This document shows, piece by piece, positions 1 through 10,561 of a stretch of DNA of 64,000 nucleotides. This DNA comes from a virus. Its lineage: Duplodnaviria; Caudoviricetes. The stretch spans positions 219 to 64,218 of IMG/VR virus record IMGVR_UViG_3300025138_000037; one strand, 5' to 3'. Below the pieces are notes generated by a model that saw only the letters and a program-made list of their open reading frames with translations, had not been told where the DNA came from and did no database searches. Position numbers and translations under genes: made by a program. Each line of letters starts with the position of its first letter. Within the stretch, counting starts at the first letter, position 1.

Positions 1-412
1 CTTCTGGACTATGTGGAATACTTGAAGAATAATTTATAAATCTATTATACTTATTTTCTATTATTGTTTTTTTCTCATTAATATATAGTATTGTTCCAGA
101 GTTTGATTGTGGATTATTATGTAGATAAATTAAACCGGCAGTAGTATGGTCATCTGTGTGAATACAATTTTCATCTAACTGTACGTCAGCTGTTTGATAG
201 GCAAACCATAGATATATTTTACCACTTGATAGACCACAGTATTCTAGTATCTGCCTAGAGATATCATCATAGATACTATCTGGTACATCTGCTCTCATAC
301 CTCTAAAGTATGACGTACCTGTATTACTATACCAATTCTGTTCTAATGCAATCTGACGAATGCCAGGAGCATCATCAAAGAAATTATCTGCCGTGTTGAT
401 TTCTTTGTGCAT
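1..412 (-). CDS. 2OG-Fe(II) oxygenase-like protein (DUF6445-like), 3'-truncated by window edge
   Basis: Manual translation from ATG at 412: MHKEINTADNFFDDAPGIRQIAL...CIHTDDHTTAGLIYL...SGT...ENKYNR...PH. Has an HxD motif and resembles 27239..27943. Not in the ORF track. Confidence 0.75.
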   Translation of the reverse strand, partial: MHKEINTADNFFDDAPGIRQIALEQNWYSNTGTSYFRGMRADVPDSIYDDISRQILEYCGLSSGKIYLWFAYQTADVQLDENCIHTDDHTTAGLIYLHNNPQSNSGTILYINEKKTIIENKYNRFINYSSSIPHSPE

Positions 413-1019
413 TGTTTTTAAACGTCTCACCTTCCGCTCTTGTAAGTGTTGGTGTTTTGTCGTTTTCATCTAACCAACTATACCAACCTGTAATAATATA
501 TTTGTCTTCCGTCATAGACTTAATGCCATGATGTGCATGTGTCCATTGTGCAGGCCATATCATTGTAAGACCTTTGAGTGGTGCTTTTCTATATTTTTGA
601 TACCAAAATTCTGTATGTCCTTCATCAGTTACCGTATTGAGAAAAGTCATAAAGGCTAAATGTCTTTTTCTACACACTATGTTACCATTATTCTCATAAT
701 GCCATTGTGGGTAACCTTGACCTGGTGCATAGTGTTGAAGACTAATTTTTTCAGATATACTAAATTCTTCCTGGTTTTCATCTGACCAACGATATGTTCT
801 CATATATTCCTCTAAACATCTTTGTAATATACCAACATATTTTTTGATTGTATCATTTTCATCTGCCCAATAATCTGTATCAGTAGATGATTTTACATCA
901 GGTTTTATTTCACCGTCACCTACTCTACCTGGTCCTTTATTTGGGTTGTTGTTATGTAAATGAATTAATTCGTCACATGTGCCAGGGTCAATGGCATAAT
1001 TGCCTATAAATGTTGTCAT
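384..1019 (-). CDS. 2OG-Fe(II) oxygenase (prolyl-4-hydroxylase-like)
   Basis: QHYAPGQGYPQWHYE (HxE), FMTFLN..EGHTEF, WPAQWTHAHHG, KYIITGW. Confidence 0.85.
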   Translation of the reverse strand: MTTFIGNYAIDPGTCDELIHLHNNNPNKGPGRVGDGEIKPDVKSSTDTDYWADENDTIKKYVGILQRCLEEYMRTYRWSDENQEEFSISEKISLQHYAPGQGYPQWHYENNGNIVCRKRHLAFMTFLNTVTDEGHTEFWYQKYRKAPLKGLTMIWPAQWTHAHHGIKSMTEDKYIITGWYSWLDENDKTPTLTRAEGETFKNNAQRNQHGR

Positions 1020-1579
1020 ACTATTTTAAACTCCTTCATATCTGTTATAATATAATTGCCTGCTACACTATATCTTTCTTCATGTGTTTTCAGTATCTTA
1101 TGTGGTGTGTTAGATAGAAATATTAATAAACTACCTTGTTCAACTGGCATATTAAAACTTGTCATGTTGAATATATTATATCCTTTGACATGTGGTCTTA
1201 ATCCGTCATTTGGCCAATTTTGAAACTGACAACTTTCTCCTTTATTTATATACAGTACAAAACTATATGTTGCGTTATTGTGTATATGTACTTCACCTTC
1301 CGTGTTAGGTTCATATTTTGTTGACCAAGACCTAGTAAGTTTTATTGGTGTGTCAAACACCATTACATTATCGTTAAATGCTTGTACTTCTTTTTCTACT
1401 TGATTTTTTATATATGAAAATTTATCAAGTAAATGTTCATCAACAGATTGATAACCAAATTCTATTTTACGATATTCTGTTTTCTTAACCCAATCTATAA
1501 AATCTTCCGTTAAATGTATCTTTGTAAATCCTAAAGGTTTACTGAATAATGGTTGTATTTTCAATTCTTGCGAGTTCAC
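1016..1579 (-). CDS. Putative 2OG-Fe(II) oxygenase (TIGR02466-like)
   Basis: SW..Y...HIH.NATYSFVLY, GSLLIFLSNTPH, RYSVAGN. Confidence 0.8.
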   Translation of the reverse strand: MNSQELKIQPLFSKPLGFTKIHLTEDFIDWVKKTEYRKIEFGYQSVDEHLLDKFSYIKNQVEKEVQAFNDNVMVFDTPIKLTRSWSTKYEPNTEGEVHIHNNATYSFVLYINKGESCQFQNWPNDGLRPHVKGYNIFNMTSFNMPVEQGSLLIFLSNTPHKILKTHEERYSVAGNYIITDMKEFKIV

Positions 1580-2096
1580 TATCTAATATTCCTTTCATCT
1601 CAACATTAAATGATATAATAATCTTTTCTTTATCTAGTAACATTTCTGGTGCTCTATGTAGTGTGTGACTAGGAAACATAACAATATCTCCTTCATCTGC
1701 CTTAATAGGAAACACACCCAACTCTCTATCATATATTTGTGTTTTTGGTGTGCCTTCAGGTAGATTAACATAATAAACACCTGTGAAGTTTCTACCATGT
1801 ATGTGCCAACCATGTGTTGAATTTTGCACATAAGATTGAAACCATATTTCAAACAATTCGTAGTTTGCATAACCGGCAGCCTGTACCATATTCAACAAGT
1901 GAGGTTCAAAGTAAGGTAGAAAAAATTTTAGCCAAGGTCTTTCATAGTCATTTGATATATCCCAATCCGTCTTTGTAATATTATCATTATAGTATTTGTC
2001 ATTACTTTGTTTGGGTTCTGCCCAGCCATCATGTACTGCTTGTATTAATTCTTTTTTGATTTTATTGTGATTAAGAAATTTTTGTTTTATTATCAT
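1539..2096 (-). CDS. Putative 2OG-Fe(II) oxygenase
   Basis: WFQSY...HGWHIH, FTGVYY, EGDIVMFPSHTLH, IIISFN. Start set to ATG 2096, which makes an ATGA overlap with the upstream gene. Confidence 0.8.
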   Translation of the reverse strand: MIIKQKFLNHNKIKKELIQAVHDGWAEPKQSNDKYYNDNITKTDWDISNDYERPWLKFFLPYFEPHLLNMVQAAGYANYELFEIWFQSYVQNSTHGWHIHGRNFTGVYYVNLPEGTPKTQIYDRELGVFPIKADEGDIVMFPSHTLHRAPEMLLDKEKIIISFNVEMKGILDSELARIENTTIIQ

Positions 2097-2692
2097 TTGT
2101 ATGGGTATCCTAAGTTCCAAATTACTAACGAGTGTCTTATACCTTTTGTAACAGGCGTTACTCTATGCTTAACAAAAGAAGGAAATACACAAATAGACCC
2201 TCTTTGCCTTATCTCATCTACTTTAAATATGCCATTAGGTGTTTCAAACTCTAAGTCACCACCTTCATATTCATCAGAATGTGATAGTTGTAATGTACAG
2301 GATAACTTTCTTATCTTGCCTTGATATGCCTCATTTTGATTGTCAAAAGGTTTTACATCTTGGTCTTCATGCCAATGATAGTATTGATTGAGTTTATACC
2401 TGGTAAATTGTGCAGGTTCTGAATAGTCCCATTCAAAGTTCCAACCAGCATTTGTATTTGCTTGATGTATGAGAGGGTGTAATTCATTATAGACCCACGG
2501 CTCTGATATCCAAGATACATTACTGTTTCTATGTACTTTGATTTCTTCTTTTTTACCCTCTGCCTCTTTAGCAGATATCTGACCTGTTGTAGCAAAATCT
2601 TCTTGGAGGGACTTACCAAACTGTACAATTTCGTCACATATCTTTGGTGGTATCGCTGATGTAAAATAATAATAATAGTTTTCCAATATCAT
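2093..2692 (-). CDS. 2OG-Fe(II) oxygenase (PKHD-type hydroxylase-like)
   Basis: QFTRY...YHWHED, RKLSCTLQLS...YEGGDLEF, FPSFVKHRVTPVTKGIRHSLVIW. Confidence 0.9.
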   Translation of the reverse strand: MILENYYYYFTSAIPPKICDEIVQFGKSLQEDFATTGQISAKEAEGKKEEIKVHRNSNVSWISEPWVYNELHPLIHQANTNAGWNFEWDYSEPAQFTRYKLNQYYHWHEDQDVKPFDNQNEAYQGKIRKLSCTLQLSHSDEYEGGDLEFETPNGIFKVDEIRQRGSICVFPSFVKHRVTPVTKGIRHSLVIWNLGYPYK

Positions 2693-2708
2693 ATAGGTAT
2701 ATATAATG

Positions 2709-2716
2709 CATAAATA
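2709..2716 (+). promoter_or_regulatory. T4-type late promoter (CATAAATA)
   Basis: One mismatch to TATAAATA, directly before gp13. Confidence 0.6.
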
Positions 2717-2721
2717 GTATC

Positions 2722-3549
2722 ATGGCACAGAATAATCCAATTACAAGTAGAGAGACGTTAAAACAGTATTGTCTAAGGTCCTTAGGTAAACCTGTTATAG
2801 AAATCAATGTAGAAGATGACCAAGTAGAAGATAGAATTGATGAAGCATTGCAATACTTCGCACAATATCACTATGATGGTACAGAAAGAATGTATCTTAA
2901 ATACCAGATTACAGCAGATGATAAAACAAGGGCAGTAGCAAACGAAACTCTATCTACAGTAACAGATAGTGCTGATAGTACAGTAACAGCAGTATGGCGT
3001 GAAGGTAAAAATTATATACCCATGCCATCTAATGTTATGTCTGTGGTACAAGTCTTTCCTTTTACAGATAAGGCCGCATTAAATTTATTTGATGTACGAT
3101 ATCAATTAAGATTAAATGATTTGTATGATTTTTCATCAACAAGTATAGTACATTACGATATGACGTTGAGACATTTAGATATGTTAGACCATATACTTAC
3201 AGGTGAAAGACCTATAAGATACAATGCACACAAAAACAGATTGTATATAGACATGGACTGGAACCATGATGTGGATGCAGGTGATTACCTCATCATAGAA
3301 TGTTTTAGAAAACTAGATGGTTCTTCCTTTACAGACGTTTTTGATGACATATTTTTAAAGAAGTACCTTACACAGTTAATCAAAAGACAATGGGGTGCCA
3401 ACTTAATTAAGTTTCAAGGTGTTGCAATGTTAGGTGGTGTTGCATTAAATGGCGAACAACTCTATACACAGGCGCAAGAAGAACTAAACAAACTAGAAGA
3501 ACAAATACAATTAGCTTACGAATTACCACCGCAATACATGGTAGGATAA
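2722..3549 (+). CDS. gp13: Neck protein gp13
   Basis: LKQYCLRSLGKPVIEINVEDDQVEDRIDEALQYF; QWGANLIKF..LGGVALNG; synteny gp13-14-15-16-17. Confidence 0.93.
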   Translation: MAQNNPITSRETLKQYCLRSLGKPVIEINVEDDQVEDRIDEALQYFAQYHYDGTERMYLKYQITADDKTRAVANETLSTVTDSADSTVTAVWREGKNYIPMPSNVMSVVQVFPFTDKAALNLFDVRYQLRLNDLYDFSSTSIVHYDMTLRHLDMLDHILTGERPIRYNAHKNRLYIDMDWNHDVDAGDYLIIECFRKLDGSSFTDVFDDIFLKKYLTQLIKRQWGANLIKFQGVAMLGGVALNGEQLYTQAQEELNKLEEQIQLAYELPPQYMVG

Positions 3550-3553
3550 AAAC

Positions 3554-4426
3554 ATGCGAAATAATTATTTCAGTCATGGCACACGCTCTGAAAAAAATCT
3601 ATATGAAGATTTAATTATAGAGCAACTAAAGATATACGGACATGAAGTTCATTATCTGCCAAGAAAAACTGTTACGGAAGATAAAATATTAGGCGAAGTA
3701 CCTGATAGTCAGTACACAGAAAATTACATGATTGAAATGTATGTGGAAGACGTAAATGGTTTTGCAGGTTCAGGTGATTTAGTAGGTAAGTTTGGATTAG
3801 AAATAAGAGACGAATTAACTTTTGTGGTCAGCAGACGTACATTTGAAATGCTTGTCGACCAACCATCAAATACAATATCAATTAATCGTCCTATAGAAGG
3901 TGATGTTATATACATGCCTCTATTCAAAAAGTTTTGGCAAGTTGATTTTGTTGAAGATGAGGACCCAATGTATCAAATCAATGATTTGCCTATCTTCAAA
4001 CTTAAATGTTCAGTATGGGAATACAGTTCAGAATTAGTTGATACAGGTATTACAGAAATTGATGAGAAACTAGAAAACGTATCACTAGACTTGTTACTTA
4101 ATCAGATTACATTAGAGAGTGGTACAACAAGTGCAGGTTCATTAATGGCTGAAGCATCTGACGGTAACATTGAAGCGTTATTGACAGAAGCAGGCGCTTA
4201 CTTAGTAGATGAGGTAGATGGTGATAATATAATTATGGAAGATGACCCTAATTATGTTGACTATATAGTACAAGAGGATGCATTAACAGGTAACTTAGCA
4301 ACGGATTCAAGTGGTGCAAGTAATATAAGTTTTGATGATGAGGCAGGATTAAATGATACTGATTCCTCAAACGATATATTTGACTTTAGTGAAAAGAACC
4401 CATTTGGTGACCCAAGCGATATATAA
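3554..4426 (+). CDS. gp14: Neck protein gp14
   Basis: LIIEQLKIYGHEVHYLPR, KFGLEIRDE, RPIEGDVIY, C-terminal FDFSEKNPFG. Confidence 0.92.
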   Translation: MRNNYFSHGTRSEKNLYEDLIIEQLKIYGHEVHYLPRKTVTEDKILGEVPDSQYTENYMIEMYVEDVNGFAGSGDLVGKFGLEIRDELTFVVSRRTFEMLVDQPSNTISINRPIEGDVIYMPLFKKFWQVDFVEDEDPMYQINDLPIFKLKCSVWEYSSELVDTGITEIDEKLENVSLDLLLNQITLESGTTSAGSLMAEASDGNIEALLTEAGAYLVDEVDGDNIIMEDDPNYVDYIVQEDALTGNLATDSSGASNISFDDEAGLNDTDSSNDIFDFSEKNPFGDPSDI

Positions 4427-4436
4427 AGGATAAATT

Positions 4437-5255
4437 ATGTTTAAAGACGCACAATACCATGAATTGATAAGAAAAACAATTGTGGCATTTGGCACATTGT
4501 TTAACGATATTTACATCTATCGTAAATCAAGCACAGGTAAAGTAACTCAGAAAATGAAAGTACCTTTAGCATATGGGCCAAAACAAAAATTTTTAGCAAG
4601 AATAGACCAAGATAGTTCAAGGTCAGCAGATAACCCTATTACTACAGCGTTAACTTTACCAAGAATAGGTTTTGAATTAACAAGTTTATCTTACGACCCA
4701 GCAAGAAAATTAAATAGAGTACAAAAGTTTAAAAAGGTAAAAGGTGCAGACGCTAAGTCAGTACAAAGTTCTTACATGCCAGTACCTTACAATGTAGGGT
4801 TTACTATGTTTACAATGGCAAAAAATAGTGAAGACGCTTTACAAATTGTAGAACAAATATTACCTATGTTTCAACCTGACTATACTGTGGCACTCAATGT
4901 TATGCCTAACTTAAATATAGTAAGAGACGTACCTATTGTATTAAATGATGTATCTTACGAAGATAGTTATGATGGTGCATTTACAGAAAGACGAGTGTTA
5001 ATGTACACTATGACTTTCACAGCGAAAATGTATTTATACGGACCAGTAACATCAACAGGTGTTATCAAACAAGTACAAGTAGACCAATACACGGATACAA
5101 ATACTACTACGGCAAAACGTGAACAAAGATATGTTGTAAAACCAAACCCAACTACGGCCAATGCTGATGATGATTTTGGATTTACAGAAACAACTTCTTT
5201 CTTCCAAGACGCTGATGAATATGACCCAGATAGCGGTACAGATAAAGAGTCCTAA
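4437..5255 (+). CDS. gp15: Tail sheath stabilizer / completion protein gp15
   Basis: IVAFGTLFN, VPLAYGPKQKFLAR, QIVEQILPMFQP. Confidence 0.93.
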   Translation: MFKDAQYHELIRKTIVAFGTLFNDIYIYRKSSTGKVTQKMKVPLAYGPKQKFLARIDQDSSRSADNPITTALTLPRIGFELTSLSYDPARKLNRVQKFKKVKGADAKSVQSSYMPVPYNVGFTMFTMAKNSEDALQIVEQILPMFQPDYTVALNVMPNLNIVRDVPIVLNDVSYEDSYDGAFTERRVLMYTMTFTAKMYLYGPVTSTGVIKQVQVDQYTDTNTTTAKREQRYVVKPNPTTANADDDFGFTETTSFFQDADEYDPDSGTDKES

Positions 5256-5656
5256 TGAAAAAAGTCGAGGACAAACTAAACGAAATCCTTGATATATCTG
5301 AAACACTAGAGACAGTAAAACCTACACCAGTTATACCTCGTCCTAAAGAAAAAGAAGATATAGATAGTGATTATAAGTATAGCAGAGAAAATCTTTATAG
5401 TCTTGTAGAAAGAGGACAAGACGCCATTGATGGTATTGTTAATCTTGCAAAAGAAACAGACCACCCACGTGCCTATGAAGTTGCAGGTACCTTAATTAAA
5501 AACGTAGGTGATGTGACAGAAAAATTATTGATATTACAAGAGAAGATGAAAAAACTAAATGATGAAGTGGTGAAAGGTCCTAATAAAGTTGAAAATAATT
5601 TGTTTGTAGGTTCTACAGCAGAATTACAGAAACTTATAAAAAAGAAAAATGATTAA
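5255..5656 (+). CDS. gp16: Terminase small subunit gp16
   Basis: DYKYSRENLY, HPRAYEVA, NNLFVGSTAELQK. Confidence 0.92.
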   Translation: MKKVEDKLNEILDISETLETVKPTPVIPRPKEKEDIDSDYKYSRENLYSLVERGQDAIDGIVNLAKETDHPRAYEVAGTLIKNVGDVTEKLLILQEKMKKLNDEVVKGPNKVENNLFVGSTAELQKLIKKKND

Positions 5657-6251
5657 TACTTGGATAAATGATACTCACTTATGGACAACACCTTTATTTA
5701 ACTTTAACTTTCCTGTTGAACATAAATGGGTGCAATACATAAAAGATAAACAAGACCAGTTAAAAGACAATACACAAAATCCAGAAGGTGCATATACAAC
5801 AAGAACTAACTTATATGAACTCAAAGTTTTTGAACCTTTAGTTTCAACATTTAAAGAAATGAGTTATGCTACATTTGGTAAAAATTGTGTAGATGTAAAA
5901 GTAAGTAACATGTGGGCAAACATATTAAAACGTGGTGACTATCATTTGTTACATACACATAACGAACACACTATGAGTGGTGCATACTATTTACGAGTAC
6001 CTGAAAACTCAGGTCAAATATATTTTAGAGACCCAAGACCACAAACAAACTCATGGACAACAAAGTTTATAGACAAAGGTAATATGAGATTTTATAATGT
6101 AGGTGAAGGTGATTTATATTTTTGGCCATCTTTCTTAGACCATGGTACAACACCACATGGTTCTGACGAAGAAAGAATTGTAATATCTTTTGATTTAGAT
6201 TATTCAGGACCTGATTATAAGTTTGGAGATAATGGATACAATGGCGAATAA
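5649..6251 (+). CDS. Putative 2OG-Fe(II) oxygenase (TIGR02466-like) inserted between gp16 and gp17
   Basis: WANILKRGDYHLLHTH, SGAYYL, F.DPRP, WPSFLDH, RIVISF. Confidence 0.85.
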   Translation: MINTWINDTHLWTTPLFNFNFPVEHKWVQYIKDKQDQLKDNTQNPEGAYTTRTNLYELKVFEPLVSTFKEMSYATFGKNCVDVKVSNMWANILKRGDYHLLHTHNEHTMSGAYYLRVPENSGQIYFRDPRPQTNSWTTKFIDKGNMRFYNVGEGDLYFWPSFLDHGTTPHGSDEERIVISFDLDYSGPDYKFGDNGYNGE

Positions 6252-6280
6252 AATAAACGAAGACTATGAAAGGTTAATAC

Positions 6281-7930
6281 ATGTACGCTAGTCAAAGTAA
6301 AAGTTACCTTGGAAATCCTAATTTAAAGGCAGCCAATCAAAAGATACGTTACACAAAGAAACAAGTACGAGAATTTGTGGCGTGCCAAGATAACCCTATT
6401 TATTTTATTACAAATTATTTACAGATAGTTACACTTGACCATGGACTACAACCATTTAAGTTATACGAGTTTCAAAAAGAAATGGTTGATAAGTTTCATA
6501 ACAATAGATTTACCATATGTAAATTACCAAGACAGACAGGTAAATCAACAACAATTATTGCTTATCTATTACACTATGCCATATTTAATCAAAATGTAAA
6601 TATTGCCATACTGGCCAACAAGGCTGCGGTTGCAAGAGACTTACTAGGTCGTTTACAACTGGCATATGAAAATTTACCTAAGTGGTTACAACAAGGTGTT
6701 ATTAACTGGAATAAAGGTAACTTAGAATTAGAAAATGGTAGTAAAATACTGGCGGCTGCAACATCATCAAGTGCCGTACGTGGTGGTTCTTATAACGTTA
6801 TATTCTTAGACGAGTTTGCCTATGTACCTAATAATATTGCAGAACAATTTTTTAGTTCAGTTTATCCTACAATCTCCTCTGGTAAAAGTTCTAAGGTAAT
6901 GATAGTTTCTACACCACATGGTATGAATATGTTTTACAAGTTATGGAATGACGCACAAAATCAACGCAACAGTTATGTACCTATTGAAGTACATTGGTCA
7001 GAGGTACCAGGTAGAGACGAACAATGGAAAGCAGAAACAATAAAGAATACAAGTGAGGCACAGTTTAGAACAGAGTTTGATTGTGAGTTCTTAGGTAGTG
7101 TAGATACATTAATTACACCTAGTAAGTTAAGAATGTTATCACATAACACACCAAGAACAAGTAATGCAGGTTTAGATATACATGAAATGCCACAAAAAGA
7201 TAAAAGATATGTAATCACCGTTGATGTTGCAAGAGGCACCGTCAATGACTATTCTGCTTTTGTTGTTATAGACGCAACAAGTATACCTTATAGAGTTGTT
7301 GCAAAGTATAAGAACAATGAAATCAAACCATTACTCTTTCCACAAATTATTCATAAGATTGCAACACAGTACAATCAGGCAGAGGTACTCATTGAGGTAA
7401 ATGACATTGGTGGTCAAGTTGCAGACACAATGCAGTTTGATTTAGAATATGATAATCTGATTATGGTCAATCAACGAGGCAGGTCAGGTCAAGTTGCAGG
7501 TACAGGATTTAGTGGAAAACAAAGTCAATTAGGTTTACGAACAACAAAGGCTACAAAGAAAATAGGTTGCTCTAACCTTAAAGCAATGGTAGAACATGAT
7601 AAGATAATTATACAAGACTTTCATATTATACAAGAATTATCTACTTATATATTAAAAGGTAAAGAAAAATTTGAAGCGGAAGAAGGGTCAAGTGACGATT
7701 TAGTTACCTGTTTAGTTATGTTTGCATGGTTATCAAATCAAACATATTTCAAAGAACTCACAGACCAAGATATACGTGCCAGATTAGTAGATGAACAATC
7801 ACATCAAATGGAACAAGACATGGCACCCTTTGGATTTATTGATGACGGTGTAGATAATCCAGAAGGCGAGACATACAAAGACCCCTATGGTACTACTTGG
7901 TCACCAGTTAAATACAAGAGAGGACTGTGA
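6281..7930 (+). CDS. gp17: Terminase large subunit gp17
   Basis: YLGNPNLK, Walker A PRQTGKST, Walker B IFLDEFA, STPHG, nuclease DVARG..DYSAF, DDLV. Confidence 0.97.
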   Translation: MYASQSKSYLGNPNLKAANQKIRYTKKQVREFVACQDNPIYFITNYLQIVTLDHGLQPFKLYEFQKEMVDKFHNNRFTICKLPRQTGKSTTIIAYLLHYAIFNQNVNIAILANKAAVARDLLGRLQLAYENLPKWLQQGVINWNKGNLELENGSKILAAATSSSAVRGGSYNVIFLDEFAYVPNNIAEQFFSSVYPTISSGKSSKVMIVSTPHGMNMFYKLWNDAQNQRNSYVPIEVHWSEVPGRDEQWKAETIKNTSEAQFRTEFDCEFLGSVDTLITPSKLRMLSHNTPRTSNAGLDIHEMPQKDKRYVITVDVARGTVNDYSAFVVIDATSIPYRVVAKYKNNEIKPLLFPQIIHKIATQYNQAEVLIEVNDIGGQVADTMQFDLEYDNLIMVNQRGRSGQVAGTGFSGKQSQLGLRTTKATKKIGCSNLKAMVEHDKIIIQDFHIIQELSTYILKGKEKFEAEEGSSDDLVTCLVMFAWLSNQTYFKELTDQDIRARLVDEQSHQMEQDMAPFGFIDDGVDNPEGETYKDPYGTTWSPVKYKRGL

Positions 7931-7942
7931 AAGTTTGATTAT

Positions 7943-7950
7943 ACTAAATA
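7943..7950 (+). promoter_or_regulatory. T4-type late promoter (ACTAAATA)
   Basis: CTAAATA variant before the gp18 RBS AAGGAG. Confidence 0.55.
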
Positions 7951-7987
7951 GTAGTAAGAAAAAACTTAAATTTAAGGAGAAAACAAG

Positions 7988-9964
7988 ATGGCTTTTTTAG
8001 TTTCACCAGGCGTTCTGGTTACAGAAAAAGACCTTACTAATGTCGTACCGGCAGTATCAACTAGTATTGGTGGTGCGGTAGTCGTTAGTGAGAGAGGGCC
8101 AATGGAAGAGGTTACGTTAATCTCTAGTGAAGACGAATTTGTTTCTGTATTTGGGAAACCAGACAGTAGCACATTTGAATATTTTTTTAGTGCAACCAAC
8201 TTTTTACAGTACGGAAATGCCTTAAAAGTGGTAAGAGCAGCAACTGGTTGCGTAAACGCAGCCGTGTCAGGCACACCAGTTTTAATTAAAAACACAACAG
8301 ACTATCTTAATAATTACTCCACAGGACAAGGAAGTGTAGGTGCATGGGCCGCTAGAGAAGCAGGCACATGGGGAAATAACTTACAAGTTTCTACTTGTAC
8401 CAACTCAACAGCATATGCTCAGACCGCTTCTGGTCTAGTAAATGATTCAACTGCTGCTATTGGCGATACAACTATTACAGTTGACGCTGGTACTCAGTTT
8501 CAGGTTGGTGACTTGTTAGAATTTGGCGATATTTCAAACAACTTTACTGCCGCTCCTAGTGGTAATTATTATAAAATAACAAATATAGCAACTCATGTAT
8601 TAACTATCGCAAGATTTGACCCAGCAACTGGTGCAACTCAAACAGGTGGTTTAAGACATGCTGTAGCAGACAATGCATATGTCAAAAGATATTGGGAACA
8701 TTATTTCCAATTCTCCGCAGCACCATCTACAACTGATGATGTATCAAATGCTGGAGGTTCTAATGACGAATTGCACATAGCAATCGTTGACCAAGATGGC
8801 GGTATCACAGGTACTGCTGGTTCTATCTTAGAGAAGTTTGAGGGTTTATCTCAAGCGTCAGACGCTAAGACAGCACAAGGTGACACGAACTATTATGCTG
8901 ATGTTATATATCAACAATCACAATATATTTACTGGATGGATCACCAAACAGTATTATCAACTGCTGGTAACACAAAGACTGGTACTGCTTTTGATAATGC
9001 ATCCACTTCAGCACATATTGTGTTCCAAGACGCATTAACAGGCGGAACTGATGATTTAGTTCCTACTGCTGCTGAACTATCCCTTGCATGGGATAAATTT
9101 GGCGACGCTGAAACAGTAGATGTAAATTTATTGATAGGCGGACCATCACAAACAAATGCTGATGCTACTGGTGATACCATGGCAACAAAAGTAATTGATA
9201 CTGCTGAATTTAGAAAAGATTGTGTGGCATTTATTTCACCTGCTAGAGCAGATGTTGTAAACGTAACAAATCCTATCGCACAGACAGCAAACGTCAAAGC
9301 TTTTGCTGACGGTCTTGCTAGTTCAAGTTATGCAGTAGTAGATAGTGGTTACAAATACATGTACGACAAATACAATGCAGTATATCGTTTTGTACCATTA
9401 AACGGTGATATCGCCGGTCTATGTGCAAGAACAGACAGCGTAGCAGACGCTTGGTTCTCACCGGCAGGATTTAGTAGAGGTCAAGTACGTGGCGCTATTA
9501 AACTTGCATTTGATCCAACAAACGCACAAAGAGATGAATTGTATAAAGCTAGAGTAAATCCAGTTGTTACATTCCCTGGACAAGGCACGGTCTTGTTTGG
9601 TGATAAAACAATGCAGACTAAACCTAGTGCTTTTGACAGAATTAATGTTAGAAGACTATTCATTGTGTTAGAAAAGGCAATCGCAACGGCGGCTAAATTT
9701 CAACTCTTTGAGTTCAATGATGAATTTACAAGAGCAAACTTTAGAAACCTGATTGAACCATTCTTACGAGACGTTCAAGGTCGAAGAGGTATTACAGACT
9801 TTTCTGTAGTATGTGATGAGACTAACAACACATCAGCGTTAATTGATAGAAACGAGTTTATTGCAGACATCTTCATTAAACCAAATCGTTCAATTAACTT
9901 TATTCAACTTAACTTTGTCGCAACACGAACAGGCGTAGCCTTTAGTGAAGTGGCAGGCGCATAG
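7988..9964 (+). CDS. gp18: Tail sheath protein gp18
   Basis: SPGVLVTEKDLT, WFSPAGFSRG, FDRINVRRLF, FEFNDEFTR. Confidence 0.97.
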   Translation: MAFLVSPGVLVTEKDLTNVVPAVSTSIGGAVVVSERGPMEEVTLISSEDEFVSVFGKPDSSTFEYFFSATNFLQYGNALKVVRAATGCVNAAVSGTPVLIKNTTDYLNNYSTGQGSVGAWAAREAGTWGNNLQVSTCTNSTAYAQTASGLVNDSTAAIGDTTITVDAGTQFQVGDLLEFGDISNNFTAAPSGNYYKITNIATHVLTIARFDPATGATQTGGLRHAVADNAYVKRYWEHYFQFSAAPSTTDDVSNAGGSNDELHIAIVDQDGGITGTAGSILEKFEGLSQASDAKTAQGDTNYYADVIYQQSQYIYWMDHQTVLSTAGNTKTGTAFDNASTSAHIVFQDALTGGTDDLVPTAAELSLAWDKFGDAETVDVNLLIGGPSQTNADATGDTMATKVIDTAEFRKDCVAFISPARADVVNVTNPIAQTANVKAFADGLASSSYAVVDSGYKYMYDKYNAVYRFVPLNGDIAGLCARTDSVADAWFSPAGFSRGQVRGAIKLAFDPTNAQRDELYKARVNPVVTFPGQGTVLFGDKTMQTKPSAFDRINVRRLFIVLEKAIATAAKFQLFEFNDEFTRANFRNLIEPFLRDVQGRRGITDFSVVCDETNNTSALIDRNEFIADIFIKPNRSINFIQLNFVATRTGVAFSEVAGA

Positions 9965-9978
9965 AGAGGAGATAGAAC

Positions 9979-10506
9979 ATGGCTAACGTATCAGACTTTA
10001 TCTCTAAACTAAAAGGTGGCGGAGCAAGACAGAACCAGTTTAAGGTAACTTTACCTTTTCCAGGTTATGCTGCTGTAGGTGGCGAAACAGAAAACTTAGC
10101 GTTTTTATGTAGTGCTACTCAACTACCAAGCTCAGAGATAGGTGAATTAACAGTAAACTTCCGTGGTAGACCAATCTACATGGCGGGTGATAGAACATTC
10201 CAAACTTGGACAACCACTATCATCAACGATACATCTTTTGATATTCGTAACGCAATAGAAAGATGGTCAAATGGTATCAACAACCATTCAGACAACGAAG
10301 GATTATCAAACCCTACAGACTATCAAGTGGACGCATTTGTCGACCATTTAGATAGAAGTGGGAATACTTTGAAATCTTATACCTTTAGAGGCTTATGGCC
10401 ATTAACTATAGGTACAGTTGACTTGAATATGGACCAAGTATCAGCACTTGAAACTTTTGAGTGTACTTGGAGATATCAATACTGGGAATCAAATACCACA
10501 ACTTAA
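9979..10506 (+). CDS. gp19: Tail tube protein gp19
   Basis: GGARQNQF, FRGRPIYMAGDRTF..WT.TIIND; follows the sheath gene. Confidence 0.95.
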   Translation: MANVSDFISKLKGGGARQNQFKVTLPFPGYAAVGGETENLAFLCSATQLPSSEIGELTVNFRGRPIYMAGDRTFQTWTTTIINDTSFDIRNAIERWSNGINNHSDNEGLSNPTDYQVDAFVDHLDRSGNTLKSYTFRGLWPLTIGTVDLNMDQVSALETFECTWRYQYWESNTTT

Positions 10507-10515
10507 TTGTGATAG

Positions 10516-10535
10516 GGGCGTCCTCCGGGACGCCC
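10516..10535 (+). terminator. GC hairpin GGGCGTCC-TCCG-GGACGCCC (C(UNCG)G tetraloop) after gp19
   Basis: Perfect 8-bp stem with no U-tract, overlapping a CCTAAATA late-promoter-like site (10534-10541). Confidence 0.55.
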
Positions 10536-10561
10536 TAAATATATAAAAAGGAGTAAAAGTA